NCBI RefSeq assembly: GCF_041146345.1 | Contig: NW_027191414.1 | Span: 1,240,001-1,304,000, forward strand | Direction: 5' to 3' | DNA length: 64,000 nt | Origin: Neodothiora populina | Taxonomy: Eukaryota | Shown: positions 1-12,680 of the stretch, piece by piece | How the letters are laid out: every line of letters starts with the position of its first letter | How positions within the stretch are numbered: the first letter of the stretch is position 1 | The notes under the pieces: generated by a model | Database searches by the model: none | Seen by the model: only the letters and a program-made list of their open reading frames with translations | What the model was told of the DNA's origin: nothing | Program-made: the position numbers and the translations under genes

Positions 1-590
1 AGGCCACACACAGGGCGCCAGGGGAACAAGACGATGAGCTTGGCAGGGAGAGATCATGCGTAGAGGGAGGGAGAAGAGGGAGACGACGAGGACGCGCCTC
101 TCGGAAGTTGATCCGTCATGACCTTGGCAACCGCGAAAGTTTAGCTTCTGTTGGCTTTTTTGGCTGCTATTGGTGTAGTGAAACGCTGTCAGCGTCTGAC
201 GTGGACAGAAGCAGGAAAGGCAGAAAGCAGGAGAGAGGGAGTAGTTAGGTAGTAATAGCCAGCAGTGGTGGGTAAGGTAGCAAGGAGCAAGCCTGCCTGC
301 ACTGCAACAGGGAATTGCAGCGGATACAATACAAGTACAATTCGATAGCCTGGTCTCCCTGAAAAAGTCCAGTTCTTCCTTCTATCAACACAACAGTTGA
401 ACTTCTCCGGATTGCAACGTTCTGGGCTGCCTTGCTCTTCTGTTCCTCCTCGCTCTCTTTCTCCTTTTTCTTGACTCTATCCGTGGTTGCTTTTGTCATA
501 CTTGGGCTCTTGCCGTTCTCACGATATTACAATACAAGAACTTCCTTCTTGGGACCGATCTTCTGTTGCTATAATTGTTGCAAACAGCAC

Positions 591-620
591 ATTATCATTA
601 TTATTATTATTATTATTATT
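591..620. repeat. (ATT)n microsatellite, one interruption
   Basis: attatcattattattattattattattatt upstream of the GDT1 start. Confidence 0.9.
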
Positions 621-864
621 CTAGGCACAAGCCGCACAGCTGCAGATCTCTTCGACTCAATTTCTAGACTGCAAGGGGGGCGGTTACTGGACGCAGTTCA
701 CGCCTGTTAGCATTCGTCAGCCTAGAGCTCTAATTCTCCAACAGGCTTTTGAAAGCATACACCAAATTTTTGGGTTCTTTCGTTGTGTTACTTTTTCCAG
801 CTTCTTTCTTTTTCTTTTTCTTTTTCTTACAAGTCACGACTTTCATATCACGCTTACTAGGATA

Positions 865-2703
865 ATGTGGATACGAACAAACGCTTCGCCGCTTCTGCTG
901 CTATTGTTGCCAGCTTTCAGTGCAGCTCTAACCCCACAAAATCCAAATCGCCTGCAGGTACTCGAAGTTGAATCTCCTGCGCCGGTGAAGCACAAGGCAG
1001 TGGGAGCAGCGGCAGCGGCAGCAGCAGCAGTTGCGAGCAGCATCACAACACCTCAGTATGGAGGTCCGACGGTCAAGCCTGGCGTAGGCACCAAAGATGC
1101 ACCCGTGGACGGATTGGACGGGAAACCACACGCTGGACCATTTGTGGACACGACGCCTCAAGACAAAGGAACCAAAAACAAGAAGCCGGCCGCGGGATTC
1201 GGGGAGCTCGAGAAGCCTCTGCCTACTTCTTTGGAGAAGCTCAAGCAGGGCGGATATGGCTCTGACGAGGCGATTCCAGAGAAGAACGACGGTGTCATGG
1301 ATGACCCTAACCGATCATCACCCAAACAAGGGACCACTGGTACCGAAGGAGGAGTGAGCGAGAGGACGCGAAAGGACAAGTCTCTGGATGCCAAATTGGC
1401 GGAAACAGAAAAGACGGTAGAACCTCCAAAGGAGGCTCCGCCACTTCCTAATTCGGAAGAGAGTCCCGTCAGATCCAAAGCAGCGCAGGAGGTTGAGACA
1501 TTGGGAGATAAAGTCGTCACTTTGACAGGCAAGCCAAAGGGCGCTCAAGGATTGGAGGTGCGTGAGATTGGTACAATTGAGGATATGGACAGTAAGCTGA
1601 TTGTGACCTTCTTTACATGTAGAAGCCAAAGGATCTCCCAGACAAGCCACACGATATCCCTGCGCCGAACCCCAAAGGTCTCCCGGACACCAAAGGCAGC
1701 GCACCACCAGTCACCGCTGCAGAGGAGAACCTCAAGCCAACTCTGCCGTATACCGAAGGCCAGAAGAAGTCGACTCCAAAGACTCCCGGCCAAAGCGACG
1801 AGACTCTCATTCAGCCGTTCCACTCTTTCGTTCTTTCCTTTACAATGATTATTTTCTCTGAAATCGGAGACAAGACTTTTCTTGTTGCTGTCGTCATGGC
1901 GATGCGACACTCGCGTTCTCTGGTCTTCAGCGCCGCTCTGTCTGCGCTTTTTGCCATGACCGTTCTTTCCGCTCTTCTCGGCCACGCCGCTCCAACGCTC
2001 CTTCCTAAAGAGCTTACCGCTTTCGCCGCCGCGATTCTGTTCCTTGTCTTTGGTGCAAAACTGCTCAGGGAAGGTCTAGCCATGGACCCGAACCTGGGCG
2101 TGAATGAGGAAATGAAGGAGGTCGAGGGTGAAATCAACGAAAAGGAGCACGAAGACAGGAAATCAGGCAGGAGAAAGAGCAGCGTCTCCATCTACGCCCT
2201 CGAGTCAGGCCGAGGACGCAGGAGCGGTGCCGGCGACCGACCCAAGGCACCCATTTCTCCCACCTCCAGCGACGACGAAGACTCCGACCCTCGCTTGCGC
2301 AGGACTTCGGCCAAGGCTGGGCTCAGCAATGCAGTTGGCGGTTTGACCAACCTGCTCGCGCTATTGTTGTCACCTGCCTGGGTCAACACTTTTATCATGA
2401 CTTTCACCGGCGAATGGGGAGATCGAAGCCAGATTGCCACCATCGCAATGGCTGCGGGTCAGGATTACTGGTGGGTCATTGCCGGCGCTGTCACCGGCCA
2501 TGCCATCTGTACCGGTCTTGCTGTTATTGCCGGAAGTTTACTGGCCGGGCGAATAAGGCTGAGAGTCGGTATGTATATTTGCTGTCTTTCCGCTTTTCCA
2601 CAAAACACATTTGCTGACTACTCGACTTGCAGTCACGATCGGAGGAGCCGTGGCATTCCTTGTTTTCGGCGTCATCTACCTTCTCGAGGCAATCTACGAC
2701 TGA
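865..2703 (+). CDS. GDT1: GDT1/TMEM165 (UPF0016) Golgi Ca2+/Mn2+ transporter, 3 exons
   Basis: Two family motifs EIGDKT and EWGDRSQ; N-terminal signal peptide. Introns 1558-1622 and 2569-2632 join ORFs 865 and 1845 in frame, ending ...LLEAIYD*. Confidence 0.93.
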
Positions 2704-3421
2704 GCAGAACTATCGGTCTTTTTTGCATTCATTTCGCTGTCACGACAACGACAACGATAACACCAAGTAGGGAAGAGAAAGAGGAAAGGGGAAATGTAAA
2801 ACATATTCATCAGGCGCCGGCCGGCCAGTCGGTCAGCGAAGAAAAGAAAATAGTAGCGAGAAACAATAATACAGCTTCACCATTATCGTCACAAGAGAAA
2901 GAACCACCTCGCCTCTTCAAATTCACTCGCGGGACTTGATAATTCTCGGCATCATCGCGTTCTTGTGCGACACGTAGAACAGGGCAGGGCAGGGCATGGC
3001 AAGGAAAAGGGGTAGAAGCCAAGAAACGGCGTGTTCCAATGGCGGTAGGCAGGTAGACGCGCTGCCTGGCGCCAACCAGGGGTCAAGGAAGAAAGAGCAA
3101 TCATAGACCAGACAGGCAGGCAGCAGCATGAAAAAAAAGGCAGGCACAGGAAGATACACAGAAAAGGGGCATGCATTGGTTGGCAGCCAAGGAAGGTCGG
3201 AAACACAATACAACCATCATCGGATCGGCGTATGATATACTGTCTCATTAGTGTACACAAAACCTGAGAGAAAAAGTACAACAAATTACACGATAGCTTT
3301 TTTGTTATATTTTCTTGTACAGTAAAGGTACTGGTGCCACCATCCCCACACAACTGACTGCACCCTGTCTGCCTCTTTCTCTTTCTTTTGATCTTGGTGA
3401 GCTGTGTTGTTTTTCTCGCGA

Positions 3422-4999
3422 CTACTCGAAATCAACAATAAAACCTACCCCATCACCCACCTCGCCTCGTCCACCAACTCCTCCCCACACAAGCACCGCC
3501 CCTCCATCCATAGTCCCCATTTTAGCAACCATGCCTCCCCTTCTCCGCACTCCGACTTCCCTACCCGCTTGGGACTCTTGTCTCAGGACGTTTTGATTGT
3601 TATAGTAATGGGTCACTTGAGCCCACACGTCCCTATTCGTAGACTTGTGCATCGCCGAGCGCGCCGAGTCTTTCAAGCTCGCCGAGGACTTGGATGTCGG
3701 GGCGAGTTGCAGGGTATAAATCGGCGAGGGCTCGGTATCTGCGCCGGTCGTGGTGGTCGAGATGAGAACGAGGTAATTCCTGCCCTGGCCCGTCGTGATG
3801 GGGACCAGGGACGCTTCTGTCGCGTCTTCTTTCCCGCCACCTCCGCTGTCGGCTTTCTCTTCGTTGCTGCTGTGAGTACTGGCCGTGTGATCCGGCGGCG
3901 GCGACGAGGTTGCATCAGGCGCCGGAATCGCCGTCCATGGACCCAGAGGCGAGGGCCCGAATTCGCCTGGTCCGTCTGCTTCGAATACGATACTTCTCAT
4001 GTCTAGCTCGAGGGCATAGGTCTGCGCGTCGGGGGCTATGTAGGTGTATAGCTTGTTGTCCACGAGCGCGAGGTTGGGGGATGAGAGTGTTGAGGGGGAT
4101 GAGTGAGGCGGGCTGGGGAAGCGAGACCATGTCCGCGAGGAAATGTCGAAGATCCACATGTCGTTGCTGTTTGTTTGCAACGAGGAGTCTTCTGCCATGT
4201 GCTGGCCGCCATAGATGAATAGACTGCCGTAGGTGTTTACTTCCACTGGCTCGGGCATAGTGGCTAGGGGGTCGAGATCATGTTTGGGCAGGAGATCCGC
4301 GCGAGCGGAGCTACAGTGTGGGTTCTCATCACTGGGTTTCTCTTGTGGTTTGGGAAACGAAGTCGACGATGACACTGCAAAAACCGGTGTTCTGGGTATC
4401 GGGGTGTTGTGATCTGGAAGCAATGATGACCAGGTGTTGGATTGTGTGTCGAACACCCAGACTCGGCCGTTCTCGTCGATTGGTTTGGGCGAGTTGATGT
4501 CTGCGGAACTCGAGCCACCGTATACATAGATCTGTGAGTCAATGACTGTGGCTGTGTGGACACAGCGAGAGGGTGGCGAAGAGGCCGACGCTGGCAGTTC
4601 TTCGTAGTCGGTGGACTCGACGTCTGTGGTTGGAAGGTGGATGATGTGCATGGAATTGGATGCTAGGTTCTACTCGTGCTGGAAATCAGAACGCCATAGT
4701 CCTCGAGATCGATGCTATAAGCCAAGGATGCCATCTCTTCAAGAAATCAAGCACATCACAGAACGAAGAAAATCAATGCTTACTCCAACACTATCAACTC
4801 CACCAAACAAGTATGCTCTTCCACCAACGATCGATACAGTCCCCCAAGCCTTTTGCACTCCCTCCACTGTCAAGTCATTGATAGGTCTTATTTTGGCCGT
4901 GAGCGGTAGGCTAGGATGGTAGATGCCCTTGAATGCAGCCGCGGCGCCCTCGATGAGCGAGCCGACGCCATGAAAGATCCCTGTTGCTTCTCCCGCCAT
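3422..4999 (-). CDS. Kelch-repeat protein, 2 exons
   Basis: Kelch-type segments RAYLFGG, HTATVIDSQIYVYGG, LFIYGG..NDMWIFD, VLVWGG. ATG at 4999 (MAGEATG); intron at about 4670-4773. Confidence 0.8.
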
Positions 5000-5471
5000 G
5001 GTGTAACGATTGCTGTAGTCCAAAAGGCCGATCACACAGAACGTCAAACAAGATGTTTATGAGTAGTAAGGTGCTATACTCGAGAAGACTCCAAACAGAA
5101 ATCCAAGTGCGACGCTGAGAATCGGGATCAATGAAACAGACACCCAAGGGCGGTGTGGATAGCGTGAGTAGCTACAGTAGAAGGCATTCGTACGCGAGAT
5201 ACTATATCTTTACCTTCGCCAAACAAAACATTGACATAAGCGGGGAGGAGGGGGAAATGGATCGGATGATCAGGTACGCGAATGGGCCTCTGAGAAACGC
5301 GTGTGCCTGCTCTGACTTGGTGTTATTGTCCGACAGTGTCCATGCACAAAGAAGAATTGACACAATGAAAGGATAGGATTATAGATGCAAACAAGGTTGT
5401 CAACATTGGAGGCGTATACTCTCCCATCGAGTATATATATACGGAGTCATATTAATTAACCTTAATTAAGT

Positions 5472-5569
5472 GCCCGTTTGGCCAAGTGGTAAGGCGTTCC
5501 ACTTGTACTTAAGACATCAACCACGTCTGCGTGATGGAAAGAGCCATGGTTCGATTCCGTGAATGGGCA
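5472..5569 (+). tRNA. tRNA-Thr(UGU) with 26-nt intron (5508-5533)
   Basis: Acceptor stem GCCCGTT/AATGGGC; D arm TGGCCAAGTGGTAAGGC; anticodon stem TTCCA/TGGAA around CT-TGT-A; T loop GGTTCGATTCC; T-rich Pol III terminator downstream; 72 nt after splicing. Confidence 0.95.
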
Positions 5570-6191
5570 ATTTCTTTTGCTTTTACATCTATCTCACTTC
5601 CAAAGTCTTGTAGCGGTGGTCTTTTTGCACACCCACTACTCTACTCCTGCAGACCAGTGTCTCAAGGGTGCGTTGCAGCTTCTTGAGTGAAGGCTGGCCA
5701 GTCTGGCCAGTCTGTACATCCCATGTAATCGAGCCTGAACGAGAGGGGGACCCTGTCGATACTCCTACTTTTTGATGCTAACCACCTGTACGATCGCAGA
5801 CAGCCATAGCACGGGGAAATCGATGTATCTTGCCTGTGGAGAAACCTGAGATCACAATCCAAAGCTAAAATGACATGACATATCAAGTTATATCAGACAG
5901 AAAGTGTCATGGTTACGTGTGAGACTTCCCTTACTGTATATCAACAACAAGAGCGGGAATAAATGCAGAGTAAGGTACCTAGGGTATAAATGACGTGTCG
6001 TCTTTCATTCAAACACCCACCTTGAGCCAAGATCAACCCGAGGCGCCTACCTCACCTTCGGCCAGACCAAATAGAGCGAGCCAATTCTCTTCCTCTCTAT
6101 TTCCTTCTAATAGACTACTACGAAAGCCACGACAACAGAAACTGCAGTCCCCATCAAAATACCCAAGAAGAATCTACAGAGCCTAGAATCA

Positions 6192-7097
6192 ATGGCAGCA
6201 GCAACAGGAAAAGTCATCATAGTAACGGGCGCCTCGCGCGGAATCGGCCTGGCAATCTCGCACCACCTGCTGTCGAGTTCTTGCTCTCCGAACAGCGCGT
6301 CTCAGAACAACAGGATCCTGGCGATTGCGCGGTCGCGTGGGCCGCTCGAGCAGTTGCAGCGCGAGTACCCGTCGCGAGTCGAGATCCTCGCGGGCGATTT
6401 GTCTGATTTTTCGCTCGGGGCGAAGGTCGCCGAGGTGGTCAAGGATAAGTTCGGCGGCAGGCTGGATGGGTTGATTGTTAATCATGGCATTTTGGAGCCT
6501 GTCAAGAGGGTTGCGGATGCGGATGCTGAGGAGTGGAGGAGGTTGTTTGATGTCAATTTCTTTTCGGCGGTGTCTATGGTGTGTATATCATCCGTCATTT
6601 CTATGCTAACTAATTCATCTGCTTCCCGGCTCTTTTCGTGTCCACGGTGTTGAACGATAGACATTGACGAGACACACTCGAAACAGATCAAGGCCTGTCT
6701 TCCGCAGCTCCGTGCCAGCAAGGGTAGAATCGTCCTCTGCTCTTCAGGAGCTGCCTCCAACAACTACGCCACGTGGGGTGCATACGGCGCCTCAAAGGCT
6801 GCGCTGAACCACCTCGCGGGAACCCTAGCGACAGAAGAAAAGCACGTCACCACCATCTCTGTCCGACCAGGTGTCGTTGACACCGACATGCAAGTCAGCA
6901 TCCGCGACACACACAGCACCGAGATGGACAAGACCGACGCAGCCAAGTTCCTCGAGCTGAAGCAGACGGGCGGTTTGCTGAGACCAGATCAACCTGGCAA
7001 TGTCATGGCTAAGCTCTCTCTTGATGCTCCCGCAGAGTTGAGTGGAAAGTTTTTGAGCTGGAACGATGCATCGCTCGCAGCTTTCCAAGAAAAGTGA
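6192..7097 (+). CDS. Short-chain dehydrogenase/reductase (YIR035C-like), 2 exons
   Basis: TGASRGIG Rossmann motif and catalytic YGASK; intron 6579-6686. Confidence 0.9.
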
Positions 7098-8395
7098 CGG
7101 ACAGGACAGAAGACTACAATCGCGGTTGGTCAGCGAAAGTGTTCATAGACTTTTTGGGTGAGTAAAAGTTATGCATGTAGAAAAGGCTTCAGTCGAAAGA
7201 TGAAAAGCAATACATTTTTGGCTACATTGGTTTAATCCTTCAGGTTTAGCATGGAATGTTAGGTTGCATCATAAGCGGGATGGTGATGAGAAAAGCAGAG
7301 GAATGAATTACCTTTGTGTGGTAACACAAGCGTGTGCTTGTGGCAGCGAACAGGTGAACCCAGAATATTAGTCGCAACATGAGACAGCAAGCACATAGCA
7401 TCGGCCATCTCATCGAAGACAGTAAAGAGAAGAGATTTCCCTCGAATTTTGCTGATTATGACCCATGTCGAATGAATACATATTGCTACCAAGCAGCACC
7501 TGTCTCAGCAGGCCATCTCGAGTGCCATTACTGTTAAGTGCCATTACTGAAGGGCGAACTATCGATATCTGCATGTACTGGTCAGCAAGAAATTCTTGGA
7601 ATGTCTTTGTTCTGATAAGTGCATCGATTGAGTTTCTATCAGTCGGTCCGTTTGGCTTTGGACAGTGTAATCGACATAATTTATATCCGATAGGGGCGAC
7701 ACGAATGTTCATCATAGAAATGTGGAAAGGTTGCGGTAGAGAGTAGGAACAGATTGACAATAGCACGTACCACATGTGAGATTTACCCACTGCTGCTGCC
7801 GTCGGCGACATGCATCATAACATAAATGATGGCAGAACCAATGGAAGCAACAGTGGTTGTTGTGTAAAGGAAGAGAGAATGGAGAATTGAACTTTCAGAG
7901 ATGTAGATTTTGTGTTGATGGAAAAATGTTGATGCAGACGGCAGACTCCGCACATCTAATTTTTTTGCTCGTCATATGGACAGGGCGGAGCGAGCGCGGC
8001 TCTAATGGACATGGGAAAGCTGCAGACTGAGCTGCTGTGATTGTGCTGAAAACTGCAAGCAGAAAGTAAAATAGAGCAAGGAACAGCCACAGCCACTGAC
8101 CAGATGTGCCTTCACATTTCACATTATTATGTCCATATCATTATTTCACATCTCATTTCTGCCTTGATTTGCCCTTGGGTTGGTTGGTCCCTGGGCCAAG
8201 CTTGGCTGGCGTTGATCCCGCAGCGTCGCAAGCAGGCGGCAAAGAACATAAAGTCGAGCTTCTGCCCGCGTCGCCGTGCTGCATGGTCTTGGCCTTTTGG
8301 TTATAAGGAAATGGAGAGATAAATGCGATTGACCTACTTTTGGCATTTATATACTCCTTGACGTTCATTTCACTACAAGTAATCACGAGGAAAAC

Positions 8396-9048
8396 ATGTC
8401 CGATAAGGAATTTGGCAGTATGTTCAATACGCGACATTTGACCATGAAATACAATCCATTTACTGACTATAATCACTACCAGACAATGATGACCTCTCTC
8501 TACCCAGAGGTGATCAATATCAAAACAACCACAACTATAGATTCCCTTCAAACTGACCCCAAACACAGCGACGGTTCAGAAAATCATCACCGAGATTCTC
8601 GCTCCTCAACCCCCGAACCCCAATGCCACAGTCAGCTATGAAGGCATGACTTTCGCAAAAGACAGTCGCGACCTGCTGATCGAATGCTGCGTCGAGTTCA
8701 TCACCATGATCTCATCCGAGGCCAACGAGATCGCCGAGAAAGACGCCAAAAAGACGATCGCCTGCGAACACATCACAAAGGCATTGGAAGAACTCGGGTT
8801 CGGAGAATACGTGCCGGATCTACTAGAGGTTGCGCAACAATTCAAGCAAACGCAGGCCGTGAGTTTTCTTCCTGTCCCATTGACCAGCCAAGATACGATG
8901 CTCATACTGCTGTGATCCCCAGAGTCGAGAAAAGAAGCAGAGCAAGATCGACCAATCAGGCTTGACCGAGGAGGAACTCCTTGCGCAACAGCAGGCTCTG
9001 TTCGCGAGCGCGACGGAGAAGTTCAACGCTGGCCCCGCCACCGAGTAA
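8396..9048 (+). CDS. NCB2: Negative cofactor 2 beta subunit (DR1/NCB2), histone fold, 4 exons
   Basis: Spliced MSDKEFG-NDDLSLP-ATVQKIITEI...LLIECCVEFITMISSEANEIAEKDAKKTIACEH..., ending in the EELLAQQQALF motif. Confidence 0.92.
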
Positions 9049-9696
9049 TCACAAGGATCGCGACAGGACACTAGGAGAAACAACAAATAAAGAGCGATGC
9101 GGCGTTTGGGAGTGAATTGCTGGCAGCATGGAACGTGCCGAATGACATGCGGAAAGCTTCAATGCGGTGTCATGAGGCGACAGCATGGGTTGGCGAACGG
9201 CGTCCCGGAGTCATGGTCATATTTGATACCCTTGCATGAAAGCGTGATAGCATGACACAGGATGGTTTAGCTATTGGGGACAGGGGGCTTGAAGGAAGCC
9301 GGACCGAGGATTCTACATTAGCACCGAATACAAATCTAAGCGCAGACAGGAACCTGGCGGTTTCGTCTGCGTTGTAATCTCATGTTTACGGCGCAGAGGA
9401 GCAGCATCGACACAAACAATTGCTGTGTATGAGGAGATATAGCGGTGTGAATACAACACACTTCGAAGCATGGTCTGCTACAAGTAGAAAAAGTGCAGGT
9501 GCCTGATCAGCGAGCGGCTCCATGCGCATGTGACGATGACGCCCCGCCAAGCGCCCCCACATATGCCACATCTGGGCCCCGAGTAACACCTACGAGGCCA
9601 ACGAACATACATGATATACCCGGCCATCTCTACACCGTGAAGTCCGAACCTCTATAGTAAACTTCTTGACGAGTCGCATGACCTGAAGCAGATACA

Positions 9697-10636
9697 ATGT
9701 CGGGTCTGGAGAAGGCCCTTTTCAACCTAAAGGTATGTGGAGCATTATCACGCAACTCGTGCGCACCCGACCCTGATAAGGCGCACAAGAGCTGACGATA
9801 AGCTATTCAGTTCACTGCGAAGCAGCTGAACCGACAGGCAGCGAAAGCCGGAAAGGATGAAACTGCTGAGAAAGCAAAGTTGAAGAAGGTATGGCAACTT
9901 ACAGTCTACTGTCACTTCAGATGGACGGTCACTTCGATACAAAACGATGCCCAAGCATCTCTTCCCTACCAAGACGAAGATAGTTCGCCAATTGTACTCG
10001 CCCGACATGTGCCTCCAGGTTGACTGACAGGTCACGCTCTACAAATACAGGCTATACAGCAGGGTCATTCCGACATTGCAAAAATCTACGCCCAGAATGC
10101 CATCAGAAAACAGAACGAGAAACTCAACCTTCTACGCCTGGGATCACGGATCGATGCCGTGGCCTCACGGGTACAAACGGCAGTCACGATGCGGCAGGTC
10201 ACAGGGTCCATGACGAACGTTGTTAAGGGCATGGATTCGGCCATGAAGGCGATGGACTTGGAAAAGGTAGGAACGTCCTTTTGGCAAGAGCAGAAAACGA
10301 GGAAGGAGCGATGAGGATTTTGGCGCATGGCGCAGTGCACACGACGGCTGACAAGGCGTAAAGATCTCCGCCGTCATGGATCGATTCGAGACTCAGTTCG
10401 AGGACTTGGATGTCGCTACGGGATACTACGAAAACGCCACCAGCAGCGCAACCGCTGTCGGCACTCCACAAGAAGACGTGGACCGCTTGATGAGCCAGGT
10501 TGCTGACGAGGCTGGTGTCGAACTCAACCAGGAAATGGCCAGTGCTACGCCTGCTCAAGCGATCAAGCAGAAGACTGGCCCTACCGAGGTCGAAGAGGAT
10601 GGCCTAGGCGAGAGACTGCGTGCTCTGAGGTCGTGA
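9697..10636 (+). CDS. DID2: ESCRT-III accessory protein Did2/Vps46/CHMP1, 4 exons
   Basis: [22 protein letters not shown]...[12 protein letters not shown]...[12 protein letters not shown]...[11 protein letters not shown] (MIM1-type C-terminus). Confidence 0.93.
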
Positions 10637-11108
10637 GTGGGTTCATCCGGCCAATTGTTTTTCCTTCTTCTTCTTCTTCCATCGGGACAAGGCGTTTTTG
10701 TGTTATGGAGATGAGCGCCTTGACATTTTCACGATTACCTATTGGCAGTTCCGATTCATTTTGTACAGCTGAATAGAACAGCGTTATCGATCGGCTTCAT
10801 TTTGTTATCTCTGGTCGCCTTTCATGTAGCACATCATGCACATTCGTGTCTGCACCTCTTCTCGGCATGCCACCACGAGATCTTGTGTCCCAGTCGCCTA
10901 CAACTAGCTTTGGCCCTTGGTACAACAGGCTGTGCCGACAAAACATGGCCTCCTGGCTAATGCAGAGAGATATCTGCTTCAATAAGCATTTCACAGTGCG
11001 TCTAGCTTTGTCCTGCAAGGTAATAAATAACACGACAAGTCCGTTAAACCATGCATACTACAACCATCCGACATCTCTTGCACGAGTTCATACACTTCAA
11101 TTTGACGA

Positions 11109-12149
11109 ATGTGCAAATCGAAGAACAACGAAAAGGCAGACTACCTCGACCGTCCATCTAGCTGTCCATCCGCAAACACCCCCAGACCAGACCAGTCCGA
11201 AATGGCCTCAATCCGCTGTTCCTCCGAGTACTCAGTAGCGCCAGATGGACAGCCTACCCTCGCAGCAGATCCGAAAGCGGACCAGTCCGAAATGGCTTCG
11301 ATTCGCTGTTCTTCCGAATGCTCCATGGCGCCAGACGAACAGCCTACTCTGAGATCAGATCCAACACCACCAGGGTCCAAGTGCGAGGCCAACTCCAAGT
11401 CCAGGTCTCTATCATCAACCAATGACACGACCTCGACTCCTTTGCCGACTTACACGCCCGGAGCTACGGTCGAAGACACACCGTATCATTCCGGCTACGA
11501 CGACGAAGACGAAGACGAAGAAAACGAGAACACAAGACCCTGGCTCGTCCGCAGAGCGCATGATCGTCGTGCGCGTGCTCGCGCCTGGGCCGCTCAGGAC
11601 GCATATGTAGAATATATAACCATCCACGCAGAGATCAAGGTTCTTCGCGAACGCGTTTGCGGTCTTCGCGTCAGAGTTGAGGGCAGTAAGAAGCGGAATG
11701 AGAAGAAGAAAGGTAGCAGGGATGATGCTTGTGCTTCTGCTTCATCGACTCTCTCGTCGTTGTCGTCGTCGTCGAGTCCTCAAGTCTCTCCTGCTGCTCA
11801 GTCTCAGTCGCAATCTCCAACTTCGGGCCTGTCTTCGTCTACTTCGTCTGCAGCTACCACTCCTTCGTCTTCCCCTCCTGCATCATCATTAGCAGCAGCA
11901 AGCAACGACGCAGACGAAACCGGCATTGCAAGCCAAGCAGCACTCCTAACCAGCATCCTCGGCACAGTCCGAACCAAAGTCGTCGTCGAGCTGCGAAGTA
12001 TCGACTGTACGCTTCCGAGAGTCGAGATGTTGCAGCGGCTTTCGGAGCTACAGAGGGAGGTTGAGGTGTTGGTGCCGAGTAGTAAGAAAAAGACCAGGAA
12101 AAGGGTTTGGAGGAGGTGTAGGGATTTCTGGTATAGATTGTGTGCTTAG
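11109..12149 (+). CDS. Hypothetical Ser-rich protein with 30-aa internal duplication and coiled-coil-like segments
   Basis: 346-codon ORF; the duplicated segment differs mostly at synonymous sites. Start could be 11109 or 11202. Confidence 0.65.
   Translation: MCKSKNNEKADYLDRPSSCPSANTPRPDQSEMASIRCSSEYSVAPDGQPTLAADPKADQSEMASIRCSSECSMAPDEQPTLRSDPTPPGSKCEANSKSRSLSSTNDTTSTPLPTYTPGATVEDTPYHSGYDDEDEDEENENTRPWLVRRAHDRRARARAWAAQDAYVEYITIHAEIKVLRERVCGLRVRVEGSKKRNEKKKGSRDDACASASSTLSSLSSSSSPQVSPAAQSQSQSPTSGLSSSTSSAATTPSSSPPASSLAAASNDADETGIASQAALLTSILGTVRTKVVVELRSIDCTLPRVEMLQRLSELQREVEVLVPSSKKKTRKRVWRRCRDFWYRLCA
11190..11363 (+). repeat. Tandem duplication, 90-bp unit, 2 copies
   Basis: gaccagtccgaaatggc... 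recurs at 11190 and 11280. Confidence 0.9.
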
Positions 12150-12680
12150 GTCTTTTTCTTTTGTTTCCGAGGGGACGGGTGGAGAGGAGTGATGTGTCGG
12201 AGTTGTGATTGGCATATGCTGAAAGAAATAATTTTCCCTTCGATGAAGTGTTTTAGGGGCGATGATGCTGGAATGTGTACAGAACAGGTTTCACGAAGCA
12301 ACGCTGTGGAAGAGGGAAAATTGCAGTACTGCTGTATGGAAATGAAATGGCAACGCAATGCATGAAACTCGATTGGAATTCAGCAAAGGAATTAATATCA
12401 TAGCGAAATGCTGCAACGACGACTGTATACAGAGAGGGAATGTATGTGCGGAATCACTTCATAAGCAGAGTCTCAAACAATAAACAGTTTTCTCTCCCAT
12501 TGTTTTGTCGCCTTCTGTTGAACTCGTGTATCGAAGCTCATTACCCCCAATTGATTTGCCTGTCTTACGGGCGGATATCTTGATTGTCGAATATTAAATC
12601 AAACCTAGAACGCCTACCAGTGAAGTGAGTGTGCGTGCCGTCCTTAGGAGACACAGCTAGAACCTCGATATTGACCGTTA

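Noticed and set aside
1..500. Short ORFs and an ATG on the minus strand at the left edge
   Set aside because: The ATG at 119 stops after about 21 codons and no domain is recognisable; probably UTR or promoter of a gene outside the window.
3404..4006. 200-aa ORF on the + strand
   Set aside because: Antisense shadow of the kelch gene.
6579..6686. SDR intron with two branch-like sites, possible stwintron
   Set aside because: No internal donor/acceptor pair that rebuilds a splice site could be identified.
7259..8350. Several 66-133 aa ORFs between SDR and NCB2
   Set aside because: No motifs, codon bias or splice pattern; treated as intergenic.
9889..10050. Longer DID2 intron as a possible snoRNA host
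   Set aside because: No convincing box C (RTGATGA)/D pair or H/ACA layout.
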